From an uncultured Actinomycetes bacterium (GTDB lineage: Bacteria; Actinomycetota; Actinomycetes; Streptosporangiales; Streptosporangiaceae): a DNA stretch of 64,000 nt. A program made the position numbers and the translations under genes. Below, one piece after another: positions 1 through 9,021 of this stretch. The stretch lies in assembly GCA_963841585.1 (NCBI GenBank), contig CAWJDK010000031.1, positions 182,450 through 246,449 on the forward strand, in the 5' to 3' direction. The first letter of the stretch is position 1, and the number at the start of each line of letters is the position of its first letter. Under the pieces are notes generated by a model. It saw nothing but the letters and a program-made list of their open reading frames with translations. It made no database searches and was not told the DNA's origin.

Positions 1-93
1 GCCGTACCGCAGCGCGAAGGCCTCGGCGCGGAGCAGGTCCCGGGCCGCCACCGCGGCCACGGTCACCTCGGGCACGCCGGCCGACGGCTCCAT
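1..93 (-). CDS. 5' end of an unidentified CDS that runs off the left edge of the window
   Basis: ATG (cat at 91-93 on + strand) followed by GC3-rich codons MEPSAGVPEVTVAAVAARDLLRAEAFALRYG. Too short for a family call. Confidence 0.25.
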   Translation of the reverse strand, partial: MEPSAGVPEVTVAAVAARDLLRAEAFALRYG

Positions 94-248
94 GAGGGCG
101 CGCTGCGATATGCGGGATGAGCCCAGGGTTCCGATCCGTAGCATCTGCACGGTTCAGGCTAAGCCATCCGGCCGGGGTCCAGCTGGAGAAAACCCGTGGC
201 CGACACGCCGCCACTCCACATTCACCTCCCGTTACTTCAGTACCGGAC

Positions 249-1067
249 ATGCCGTTACGATGCCTGGCATCACACCTATGGGGGACCAGGCAGAGGGAGA
301 CAGCGGTGGGCCAGGCGATCGACGGGCCGGGCCGGGTCGCGCTGGTCAGCGGCGGCTCGCGCGGTATCGGCGCGGCCACCGTGCGGCGGCTGGCCGCGGA
401 CGGCTGGAATGTCGGCTTCAGTTACTACGACGACGGGCCGTCCGCGCGTGCGGTGGAGAAGGACGCCTTCGAGCTCAGCGGCCATGCGATCGGTACCGAC
501 GTGGACATCACCGACGCCACCGAGGTCGGCTCCTGGTTCCGGCTGACCGAGGACGAGCTCGGCCCGGTGCAGGCGGTGGTCAGCTGCGCCGGCATCACCA
601 GGGAGCAGCCGCTGGTCCGGCTGGCCGAAGCCGACTGGCGCACGGTCATCGACACCAGCCTGGAGGGCGTGTTCCACCTCTGCCGCACCGCCGTATTCGC
701 CATGATGGAGCGCCGGTCGGGCCGGATCATCGCGGTCTCCTCGGTCTGCGGCGAGTACGACCACGCCCCGTCCGGCCGCGACACGCTGGCCCGGCCGGGC
801 CTGGCCGGGTTCGCCCGGGCGCTGGCCCTGCAGGCCGGCCGGTTCGGGATCACCGTCAACGCCGTGACCCCGGGCTCCGGCACCCTGGCCCGCGACGTGG
901 CCGCGCGGGTGCCGGAGACGACCCGGGCCGACCTGGCCGAGACGATCGCGCTGCGCCGGTTCGGCAGCGCCGCGGAGGTCGCCGACCTGGTCGCCTTCCT
1001 GCTCTCCGCAGACGCCTCCGACATCACCGGCCGGGTCCTCGAGGTACCCACCGCGATCGCGCTGTGA
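249..1067 (+). CDS. SDR-fold protein (FabG-like short-chain dehydrogenase family) with a degenerate catalytic motif
   Basis: Part of ORF 117..1067. Rossmann motif VALVSGGSRGIG, SCAG (NNAG-like) and an SSV serine are present. The expected YxxxK position reads DTLAR. Start uncertain (ATG 249 or later). Confidence 0.75.
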   Translation: MPLRCLASHLWGTRQRETAVGQAIDGPGRVALVSGGSRGIGAATVRRLAADGWNVGFSYYDDGPSARAVEKDAFELSGHAIGTDVDITDATEVGSWFRLTEDELGPVQAVVSCAGITREQPLVRLAEADWRTVIDTSLEGVFHLCRTAVFAMMERRSGRIIAVSSVCGEYDHAPSGRDTLARPGLAGFARALALQAGRFGITVNAVTPGSGTLARDVAARVPETTRADLAETIALRRFGSAAEVADLVAFLLSADASDITGRVLEVPTAIAL

Positions 1068-1136
1068 AGCGGACCTGCACGATGACGATGGACCCGCCCG
1101 GCCACGACGGCCGACCCGGCCCGCACCCGGCCTCGG

Positions 1137-2357
1137 CTAGCGCTTGAGCTCGGCGACGGCGAGGTCAGACCGGCCGGGCGGGCCGGGATCCTCGCCCTGG
1201 CCCTGGGCACGCTGCGGGCGCCTCAGCTGCGTGAGGGCCATGCAGCCCAGGAATGCGAGCCCGGCGATCAGGAAGCAGTTGGCGACGAGCGTGGTCAGCC
1301 AGTGGAAGCCGTACTCCCGCGGCCCGGCCGCGTGCGGGGTGAACCAGAACGGGGCCACCGCGAACAGCAGGTAGCCGGCCGCTGCGGCGCACCGGTGCCC
1401 GTCGCGGATCAGCAGCACCAGGGCGGGCAGGATCCAGACCCAGTGGTGCGCCCAGGAGATGGGGGAGACCAGCAGCTCGGTCGCCCCGGTGGCCGCGGTC
1501 GCGCCCAGCCAGTCCCCGCGGCGGACCAGCGCCGTCGCCACGGCCAGCCCGATGACGGCGAAGGCCAGCGCGACCATGACCCACCACCAGCCGATGTGAG
1601 CCTGGCCCCCGGCGATCCGGATCGCCGCGGCGTAGGGCGACTGGTTGCTGATGTACGGCGCGCCGACGCGGCTGGTGTCGTGAAAGAGGTGCTCCCAGTA
1701 CAGCCGGGACGCATGCGGTACGACCAGGAATCCGGTGAGTCCGCACAGCACGAACGTGCCGGCCGCGACGAGGGCGACCCGCATCCGCCTGGCCAGCAGG
1801 AAGAACACGATGAAGATGGCGGGCGTCAGCTTGATCGCGGCCGCGATCCCCACGCCTGCCCCAGCCGCCAGCCGGGACGAGCCGCGGGAGACGAGCCAGA
1901 TGTCGGTAACGATCAGGGCCAGCAGGATCAGGTTGATCTGGCCGAGGAACAGCGTCTCCCACACCGGGTCCAGCACCATCGCGGCCGCCACCAAGGCCGC
2001 CACCATGATCCTCGTCGGCCGGTAGCCGGCGATCTGCAGGATGCAGGTGCCGGAGTAGGCGAGGGCCGCGATCGAGACCAGGTCCCAGCCGACCCGGGCC
2101 ACGGCCAGCGGCAGCGCCGCGACCGGCACGAACACGATGGCCGCGAACGGCGAGTAGGTGAACCAGTGCCCGTACGCCAGCGCCAGGTACAGGCGGCTGT
2201 CGTCCAGGACGGCGTGGCCGCCCCACATGTAGATGCGGAAGTCCAGGGCGTTGTACGTGGCCGCGAAGACGATGACCGCCGCGAGCTCGAGGCCGAGCAC
2301 CCCGTACCCGACCGGAGCGAGCCACCGCCTGCGGGGTGTTGTCCCCTCGGCTGGCAC
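1137..2357 (-). CDS. Polytopic membrane glycosyltransferase, DUF2029/GT87 (PimE-like mannosyltransferase) family
   Basis: 406-aa ORF with about 10 hydrophobic helices. Overall resemblance to actinobacterial GT87 alpha-1,2-mannosyltransferases (ALDFRIYMWGG, AIKLTPA segments). Confidence 0.75.
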   Translation of the reverse strand: MPAEGTTPRRRWLAPVGYGVLGLELAAVIVFAATYNALDFRIYMWGGHAVLDDSRLYLALAYGHWFTYSPFAAIVFVPVAALPLAVARVGWDLVSIAALAYSGTCILQIAGYRPTRIMVAALVAAAMVLDPVWETLFLGQINLILLALIVTDIWLVSRGSSRLAAGAGVGIAAAIKLTPAIFIVFFLLARRMRVALVAAGTFVLCGLTGFLVVPHASRLYWEHLFHDTSRVGAPYISNQSPYAAAIRIAGGQAHIGWWWVMVALAFAVIGLAVATALVRRGDWLGATAATGATELLVSPISWAHHWVWILPALVLLIRDGHRCAAAAGYLLFAVAPFWFTPHAAGPREYGFHWLTTLVANCFLIAGLAFLGCMALTQLRRPQRAQGQGEDPGPPGRSDLAVAELKR

Positions 2358-2366
2358 GCCCGCAGC

Positions 2367-2964
2367 CTAGCGGGTCAGCAGCAAGGCGGCGAACGCGTCG
2401 GCCATGAGCTGGTGCCCGCTGCCGTTCGGGTGGATCCGGTCCGGCCCGAACAGTCCCGGGTCGCACGCGCCGGGTATCGCCCACGCGTCCAGGCAGACCA
2501 CCCCGCGTCGCGCCGCCTGCTCCCTGATGATGTCGCTGGCCTCGCGAATCCGCTGGCGCGCCAGCTCTACCAGGTCAGCGGGCAGCGGCATGATCGCGGC
2601 GATATCCGGCAGCGTGCAGGTCAGCACGGTGGCCCCGGTACCGGACAGGCCCTCGAGCAGCAGGCCGAGTTCGGCGGCGAAGCGCTCCCCGCCAAAGCCG
2701 GGTTTCCTGATGTCGTTCATCCCCACCGTGACGCTGACCAGGTCCGGGTCCGAGGCTCGCCACCGACGGCAGCTGCTGCTCGAGCACCACGGCGGTGCTG
2801 GCGCCGTCGAAGGCCAAGATGGTCAGCGCGCATTGCACGGAGGTGCGCGCGGTCAGGATCCCGGCGAGCCGCCGGGCCCACCCGATCCGCGCGCCCCCCG
2901 GTCCGTGGTCGTCTCGCCCCGCGGTCAGGCTGTCCCCGAGCGCTACGTAGTTCGCCCAGCCCAT
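2367..2964 (-). pseudogene. SGNH/GDSL hydrolase split by a 1-nt frameshift
   Basis: ORF 2575..2964 carries block I (VALGDSLTAG). ORF 2367..2726 carries VSVTVGMNDI (reading upstream of its Met) and block V (DRIHPN). The frames join at about 2750, where ctcGGaccc has one extra G. Confidence 0.75.
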
Positions 2965-2968
2965 GCCC

Positions 2969-3247
2969 TCACCGTAAGCGACAACCCCCGGCGGCCGCGC
3001 GACAGAACGAAGCGGCCCCGCACAGCGCCGGCCCGGAACGAATCGGGACGCCGTTGCCCCGCAGCACGTCGCGGAGGTCGAGGATCAGCGGGAAGACCTC
3101 GCGGTTCCAGTCCTCGCCCTGCTCGTCCCAGGCGCGCTGCTCGGCCTCGACCGCCATCCGGTCCTCGGCGAACACGCGCTCGGTGAACCGCCTGATGAAC
3201 GGCCAGGCCAGGTTGAGGGCCCCTGGGACCGGCGGTTTCTCGATCAT
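2969..3247 (-). CDS. C-terminal segment of the Rieske oxygenase, encoded in a different frame (either a coupled ORF or a frameshift)
   Basis: 92-aa ORF MIEKPPVPGALNLAWPFIRRFTERVFAEDRMAVEAEQ. It overlaps the stop of 3244..4257 by ATGA. I recall this segment being contiguous with the catalytic domain in single-chain homologs. Confidence 0.55.
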   Translation of the reverse strand: MIEKPPVPGALNLAWPFIRRFTERVFAEDRMAVEAEQRAWDEQGEDWNREVFPLILDLRDVLRGNGVPIRSGPALCGAASFCRAAAGGCRLR

Positions 3248-4257
3248 GAGCAGCCGTAGACGTGGTTGGTGCGCTGCTCGGCGTCCTCGGGTACGTAGGC
3301 CACCCAGAGCGAGAACGCCGGAAGCTCGGCGTTCTCCGGGACCAGCTGGAGGGTCTGGTACGGGTACCCGGTGCGGATCGTAATGACGTCGGGCGACTTG
3401 CTGCCGCCGATGCCCTCGGCGGCCAGCAGGTTGGCGCCGCGGTTCTTCTTCCCGCCGGCGTGGGTGAACAGGTACCTGGCCTCTACCGAATCCGGGCCGG
3501 TCTCGTAGCCGAGCAGCTTAGGCTGAATCTTGCCCAGGATGCCCCGGTGCAGGAACTGGTGGTTCATGTCCAGCAGGTTCTCGTGCATGAACGAGTAGTG
3601 GCACTGGACGGTGCGCGAGAACATCATCGTCTTGTGCCGGCCGGAGTCGAACTCCGGCAGCTCGGGAAAGCCGGTCGTGGCCGCCTTCTCGGGATCGCCG
3701 GGAAAGACGAACACCAGGCCGTAGGCTTCGCGGACCGGATAGGCGCGGACGCCCCGCGGCGGCTGGCCGACGCCCTTGGGCAGGTACGGAATCTGCGAGA
3801 TGCGGCCGTTCCCCCGGTAGGCCCAGGCGTGATAGCAGCAGCGAAGCACATCGCCCTCGACGACGCCCATGCTCAGCGGTACCTGACGGTGGGCGCAGCG
3901 GTCCTCGAGCGCATAGACCGTGCCGCTCCCGCCCCGGTACAGCACGATCCGCTCACCCGCGAACACCGCCGCGAACGTCTTCTTCTTCCGCACGCTCGCC
4001 GATACGGCTACCGGGTACCAGAAGTCCGGGTCGATCCCGGTGCGCCTCAGGTCGGCCACCGCCTCGGCCTGCTCAGCCAGCCCACCGGTCTCGGCCTGCC
4101 CGGCCTCGGCCTGCCCGGCCTCGGCCTGCCCGGCCTCGGCCTGCCCGCCGTCGGCCTGCATTGTCCCGGCTTGCCCGATCTCGGCTTGCCCGGTCCCCGC
4201 TTGCTCCGCCAGATCGCCCTGGCCAGCGGCCGATCCGGCCGCGATTGTCTCGGTCAT
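3244..4257 (-). CDS. Rieske [2Fe-2S] non-heme iron oxygenase (PaO/ring-hydroxylating alpha-subunit-like)
   Basis: CAHRQVPL...CCYHAW matches the Rieske CxH...CxxH motif. The downstream catalytic domain has HENLLDMNHQFLH. Start chosen at MTETIAAGS (GGAGGG upstream). The N-terminus holds a (AGQAE)n repeat. Confidence 0.8.
   Translation of the reverse strand: MTETIAAGSAAGQGDLAEQAGTGQAEIGQAGTMQADGGQAEAGQAEAGQAEAGQAETGGLAEQAEAVADLRRTGIDPDFWYPVAVSASVRKKKTFAAVFAGERIVLYRGGSGTVYALEDRCAHRQVPLSMGVVEGDVLRCCYHAWAYRGNGRISQIPYLPKGVGQPPRGVRAYPVREAYGLVFVFPGDPEKAATTGFPELPEFDSGRHKTMMFSRTVQCHYSFMHENLLDMNHQFLHRGILGKIQPKLLGYETGPDSVEARYLFTHAGGKKNRGANLLAAEGIGGSKSPDVITIRTGYPYQTLQLVPENAELPAFSLWVAYVPEDAEQRTNHVYGCS
4091..4160. 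repeat. 15-bp tandem repeat (tcggcctgcccggcc, 4 full copies plus degenerate ones) inside the Rieske N-terminus
   Basis: Read directly at 4091-4150, with degenerate copies to about 4200. It is in frame and encodes AGQAE repeats. Confidence 0.85.
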
Positions 4258-4592
4258 GCGCCCTCCCCTGCGGTATTGGTTTCCCAGCTGTCCGGAGTAC
4301 CCCGCACCCCGCTGATACGAGGTTTCCGAGATAACCTGCACCACGGTCATCACCAGCCGCTCGCCTGGCCCCCGCCATCGCCGCCCTGGCCGCCGTTCTT
4401 ATGACATGCTGTGTTACGGGCGGTGCCGGAGTGACGAAAGCCAACTTTCGCGCGCCTGCGCGCTGCCCCCACAGCGGCAAACTATCACCGAGCCCCCACT
4501 CGACTACCAATAAGCCGCCATCCAGTCCCCGCTCAGCCGTCACCGAACCCTACCGGGCCCTCGAACGCCCCAGAAGTCAGGAAAGCCCCCGG

Positions 4593-5786
4593 GTGGTGGA
4601 CGCGTACACGCTGGCCCTGGCCGCGATCATGCTCACCGCGGGCTCGGCCGCGGACCGCGTTGGGGCGCGCAGGATCTTCACCCTCGGGCTGGCCGCCTTC
4701 GCCGTAGGCTCGGCCGCCTGCGCGGCCGCGCCACAGCTCGGCGTGCTGATCGCCGCCCGCGCCGTCCAGGGCCTGGGCGCGTCGGCCATGCTGCCCTGCT
4801 CGCTGGCGCTGCTGGTGCACCAGTTCCCCGACTCTCGCCAGAGGGCCCGCGCGCTCGGCGTCTGGGGCGGGATGGGCTCGCTGGGGGTCGCGCTCGGCCC
4901 GGTGGCCGGCGGCGTTCTGGTCACCGTGGCCGGCTGGCGCTCGATCTTCCTGGTCAACGTGCCGATCTGCCTGCTGACCATCGTCCTGCTGCGACGCTAC
5001 GCCACCGAGTCGCCCGCTAACCCTTACCGCAAAGCAGACGTCCCCGGCCTACTGCTCGGGGTGACCATGCTGGCCGCGGCCACCGCCAGCTTCATCACCG
5101 CGGGCCAGCAGGGCTGGCTCGCCCCGCTGCCCGGCTCCCTGCTCGGGGCCGGCCTCGCAACGGCCTGGCTCTTCCTCAGGGCCGAACGCCGCCACCCGCA
5201 CCCGCTCCTCCCGCTCGCGCTGTTCCGGTCACCGAACTTCAGCGGCGCCACCGCGGTCGGGATGATCTTCAACCTGGTGCTGTACGGGTCGCTGCTCTGC
5301 CTGTCCCTCTACCTGCAGGAGGTACGGCACGAGCCGGTGCTGGCCACCGGGTTCCTGCTGCTGCCGAGCAGCGTGTTCACCGGGCTCGGCTCGCTGGCCA
5401 GCGGCCGGCTGACCGCGCGCCTCGGACCACGGCCGCCGATGATCGCCGGGCTCACCCTGGCCGCGGCCGGCACGGCGTTGCTCGCCACCGCGGGAACCGC
5501 CACGCCGCTCGCGCTGATCCTGGCCGGCTCGGTCCTGATCGGCCTGATCTCGCTGGCCATGCCGGCCATGACCGCGGCGGTGGTGGGCGCGGCGGGCCCG
5601 GAGCACGCGGGCGCGGCCAGCGGCGTGCTCAACACGGCCCGCCAGTCGGGCGGCGCGCTCGGCGTCGCCGTGCTGGGCTCCCTCCTGGGCCACGCGACTA
5701 GCCTGCACGTTCCGCTCGTGGTGGCCACGGCCGGCTACATGGTCGCGATCGCCCTGGCCTGGGTGACCGTCACAGACCGCTCCTGA
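4593..5786 (+). CDS. MFS transporter, DHA2 (EmrB/QacA)-like, lacking the family's first ~50 residues (TM1)
   Basis: ORF 4401..5786. Family similarity starts at VVDAYTLALAAIMLTAGSAADRVGARR (the motif just after TM1). The upstream 190 nt of the ORF is non-hydrophobic. A GTG at 4593 with GGAAAG upstream is a possible start. Confidence 0.7.
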   Translation: MVDAYTLALAAIMLTAGSAADRVGARRIFTLGLAAFAVGSAACAAAPQLGVLIAARAVQGLGASAMLPCSLALLVHQFPDSRQRARALGVWGGMGSLGVALGPVAGGVLVTVAGWRSIFLVNVPICLLTIVLLRRYATESPANPYRKADVPGLLLGVTMLAAATASFITAGQQGWLAPLPGSLLGAGLATAWLFLRAERRHPHPLLPLALFRSPNFSGATAVGMIFNLVLYGSLLCLSLYLQEVRHEPVLATGFLLLPSSVFTGLGSLASGRLTARLGPRPPMIAGLTLAAAGTALLATAGTATPLALILAGSVLIGLISLAMPAMTAAVVGAAGPEHAGAASGVLNTARQSGGALGVAVLGSLLGHATSLHVPLVVATAGYMVAIALAWVTVTDRS

Positions 5787-5955
5787 TAAACCTCACCATC
5801 CCTCGGCCAGCACCCCGGAGCCCGGCGGCTGCGCGCGCACCGTCAGGCCTAACGAGGATTCCGCCATCCGTTCGGCCTCTTGGATCGTCACCCGCGGCCC
5901 CGGCAGCGCGCCGTGAGCGAAGAAGCCGACCCCGGGAACCGCTGTATCTCCCGAG

Positions 5956-6933
5956 TCAGGGGACGAAGACAATCCGGCCTACCGTGCCGCCGTCGGCCAG
6001 GCGCTGCAGCCCGGCGGGCACCTCGTCCAGCCCGAGCCGGTCGCTGACCAGCGGCCGGATGGTGCCCTCGGCCACGAGCTTGGTCAGCTGCGCGTGGCAG
6101 TCTCGGATGAGCTGGGGGTTCTTGCTCTGGTACAGGCCCCAGTGCAGGCCCACGATCGAGTAGTTCTTGATCAGCGCGTGGTTCAGCGCGGCCGACTGGA
6201 TCTGCCCGCCGGCGAAGCCGATGATCAGGATCCGGCCCTCGAACGCGATGCACTTGGTGGACCTGGTGTAGGTGTCGCCGCCCACCGGGTCGTACACCAC
6301 GTCGGCGCCGCGCCCGCCGGTGACCTCCTTGACCACCTCGACGAAGTCCTGGCTGTGCCGGTCGACCACCACGTCCGCGCCGAGGGCGCGCGCCGCCTCG
6401 GCCTTTTCCGCGCCGCCTGCCACGCCGATGACCCGGGCGCCGGCCGCCTTGCCCAGCTGGACCGCGCCGCTGCCGACGCCGCCCGCGGCCGCCTGGACCA
6501 GCAGGGTCTCCCCGGCCGCCAGCCCGGCCCGCCGGTACAGCCCGAACCACCCGGTCTGGTACGTGACGAAGAAGGCCGCCGCCTCGGCGTCGTCCAGGCC
6601 GTCCGGGGCGGGCAGCGCGCTGGCCGCGTTCATCAGCGCCAGCTCGGCGAAGGCGCCGCCTACCGGGGCGCCGATGAGCCGGTCCCCCGGCACGATCCCG
6701 GTCACGTCAGGGCTCGTCGCCAGGACCTCGCCGCACAGCTCGATGCCCGGGGTGTAGGGCAGCGGCGGCCGGACCTGGTAGAGGCCGCGGCACATGAGCA
6801 CGTCGGGGAAGTTCGTCGCGGCCCCGAGCACCCGCACCAGCACCTGGCCGGAACCGGGTTCGGGGTCGGGGACCTCGGCCAGCGTCAGCACGTCGCGCGG
6901 CTCGCCCAGCTCGCGCACCTGCCAGGCCTTCAT
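5956..6933 (-). CDS. NADPH:quinone oxidoreductase / zeta-crystallin-type MDR
   Basis: MKAWQVRELGEP..., AAAGGVGSGAVQLGK nucleotide-binding motif. ATGA overlap with the upstream SDR. Confidence 0.85.
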   Translation of the reverse strand: MKAWQVRELGEPRDVLTLAEVPDPEPGSGQVLVRVLGAATNFPDVLMCRGLYQVRPPLPYTPGIELCGEVLATSPDVTGIVPGDRLIGAPVGGAFAELALMNAASALPAPDGLDDAEAAAFFVTYQTGWFGLYRRAGLAAGETLLVQAAAGGVGSGAVQLGKAAGARVIGVAGGAEKAEAARALGADVVVDRHSQDFVEVVKEVTGGRGADVVYDPVGGDTYTRSTKCIAFEGRILIIGFAGGQIQSAALNHALIKNYSIVGLHWGLYQSKNPQLIRDCHAQLTKLVAEGTIRPLVSDRLGLDEVPAGLQRLADGGTVGRIVFVP

Positions 6934-7721
6934 GCCGTACCCCGCTCGACGTCCTCGATCCGCTGCTGCATCCGGTTCATCCCGTGCAGCCACCGGTCGG
7001 GGTCGCCGGCCCGCATCTGGTAGTACCGGGCGACCTCCGGGTGCGGCAGGATGAGGAACCGGCCCGCCGCCATGCCCTCGAGCAGCGCCTCGGCCACCTG
7101 CTCGGGCTCGATGGCTGCGTCCTGCAGCACCACCTGCCCGGCCTGCCCGGTCTGGGCCAGCATGTTCGTCCGCACCCCCTGCGGGCAGATGCAGTGCACC
7201 ACCAGGCCGCGGTGCTCGTAGGTGGCGGCCAGCCACTCCGCGTAGGATTCGGCGGCGTGCTTGGTCACCGAGTAGGTGGCCGAGCCCAGCATGGTGAGCA
7301 GCCCGGCCGCCGACGCGGTCACCACGAAGCAGCCGCGGCCGCGCTCCAGCCAGGCCGGCAGCAGCTCACGGGAGGCCCGCACGTGGGCCATGAGGTTGAC
7401 CTCCCAGGACTGCTGCCAGTCCAGGTCCGGCGAGTCCGGGCCGGTGCCGGCCGCGATGCCGGCGTTGGAGCAGTAGATGTCGATCTCGCCCAGGCAATCG
7501 CGGGCGGTGGCGATGAGCGCGGTCACACCCGGCTCGGTGGCCACATCGCCGGGCGCCGGGTACCCGCGGATCTCCTTGGCCACCGCCGTGGCCGCCTCGA
7601 AGTTCAGGTCGTTGACCACCACCCGCGCGCCCGCCGCGGCCAGCCCGCGGGCCAGCGCCCGCCCGATCCCCGAACCCGCGCCGGTGACGACCGCCCCGGC
7701 TCCTGCGATTTCTACCGTCAC
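6930..7721 (-). CDS. SDR family oxidoreductase
   Basis: VVTGAGSGIGRA, NAG, and an intact YSVTK (YxxxK) motif. Confidence 0.85.
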   Translation of the reverse strand: MTVEIAGAGAVVTGAGSGIGRALARGLAAAGARVVVNDLNFEAATAVAKEIRGYPAPGDVATEPGVTALIATARDCLGEIDIYCSNAGIAAGTGPDSPDLDWQQSWEVNLMAHVRASRELLPAWLERGRGCFVVTASAAGLLTMLGSATYSVTKHAAESYAEWLAATYEHRGLVVHCICPQGVRTNMLAQTGQAGQVVLQDAAIEPEQVAEALLEGMAAGRFLILPHPEVARYYQMRAGDPDRWLHGMNRMQQRIEDVERGTA

Positions 7722-8205
7722 GTCGGCAGGTTACCGTGCAGTTCCAGTGCAGGACAGGCGCGCCTCCTGCTGAGAACCACTCAGATCACTGCGGAACCAT
7801 CAGCATCACAATTCGTGTGTACCAAACCCGCTGGAACGCCATGAGACCCCGGTTCCAGTACGTTCGGACGCCCTGAAATTCCGGTTTCATGGCGTTCGGG
7901 GCGGGACGATCCTACCCAGGCGGCCATCGCCCGCGAGCGCGGCCTGCCCAGCTGGGCGGCCCTGAAGCAAGCCTGCGCCCAGGACGGGCCCGCCCTGGCC
8001 CATCTGCGCTGGATCATCGAGCGGTTCTCCGGCGCCGACCGCCCGGGGCGGGCGCCGCCCGGCGAGGACGAGCTCCCGCCGAGCCGGTGACCCGCCGGGT
8101 CTTCACGATCAGCCGCCGCGGCGGTGACCGCAAGCCCGCCGTCCGCGTGGTGCTGGACGCCCTGACCGACGCGGCCGCCCGCCTAGGCGGCGAACCTCGT
8201 GCCGC

Positions 8206-9021
8206 CTAGGCGGGCACCTCGCAGAGGATCTCGCCGTGCGGAATGAGGATCCAGCCGTCCTCGCTGGCCGCCCAGCGTAGCCAGGCGCGGGCCAGCCGCT
8301 CCAGGTCGTCCCGGGTGGCCAGGCCGTGCTCCACCGCCCGGTCGCCGAACGGTGATTTCGTCAGCCGGTCGGCCCACGACGTGCCCCACCACGTCCGGTC
8401 GCCGTCCCCGGTGTAGCACCACGCGCTGCCCGAGGCCTGCACGGACGCGAACCCGGCCTGCCGGGCCCAGGCCAGCATGCGCCGCCCGGCGTCCGGCTCC
8501 CCGCCGATCGCCCGGGCCACGCTCCGGTACAGCGCCAGCCACTCGTCCAGCCCCGGCTCCTCGGGGAACCAGAAGAACCCGCCGTAATCCCCGTCGCGCG
8601 CGGCGACCAGCCCGCCGGGCCGGCACACCCGCCGCATCTCGCGTAGCGCCGCCACCGGGTCGGTCAGGTGCTGCAGCACCTGGTGCGCGTGCACCACGTC
8701 GAACGTGCCGTCCGGGAAATCCAGGTGGTAGACGTTCCCGGTGTCGAACCGGACGTTGCGCTGCCCCCGGCGCTCCGCCGCCGCCCGGGCCTGCGCCAGC
8801 ACGTCGGCCGCCGCGTCGATGCCGGTCACGTCCCCGCCGGGCACCCGGGCCGCCAGGTCCGCGGTGATCGTGCCCGGGCCGCAGCCCACGTCGAGCACGC
8901 GCGCGTCCGGCGCCAGCCGCGGCAGCAGGTACCCCGCCGAGTTCTCCGCGGTGCGCCAGCGGTGTGACCGGAGCACGCTGTCGTGATGACCGTGCAGGTA
9001 GGTATCGGAGGCAGATGGCAT
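8206..9021 (-). CDS. Class I SAM-dependent methyltransferase
   Basis: VLDVGCGPGTIT motif I, DVVHAHQVLQH, PGGLV. Start at MPSASDTY. Confidence 0.85.
   Translation of the reverse strand: MPSASDTYLHGHHDSVLRSHRWRTAENSAGYLLPRLAPDARVLDVGCGPGTITADLAARVPGGDVTGIDAAADVLAQARAAAERRGQRNVRFDTGNVYHLDFPDGTFDVVHAHQVLQHLTDPVAALREMRRVCRPGGLVAARDGDYGGFFWFPEEPGLDEWLALYRSVARAIGGEPDAGRRMLAWARQAGFASVQASGSAWCYTGDGDRTWWGTSWADRLTKSPFGDRAVEHGLATRDDLERLARAWLRWAASEDGWILIPHGEILCEVPA

Noticed and set aside
7845-8205. Two start-less reading frames with protein-like sequence (..AIARERGLPSWAALKQACAQDGPALAHLRWIIERF.. ending 8090; ..VFTISRRGGDRKPAVRVVLDALTDAAARLG.. ending 8205), plus track ORFs 7781..8017 and 7889..8209
   Set aside because: - The protein-like frames have no plausible start codon.
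- No family was recognised.
- The track ORFs are low-complexity.

These are probably gene debris, and I cannot support a call.
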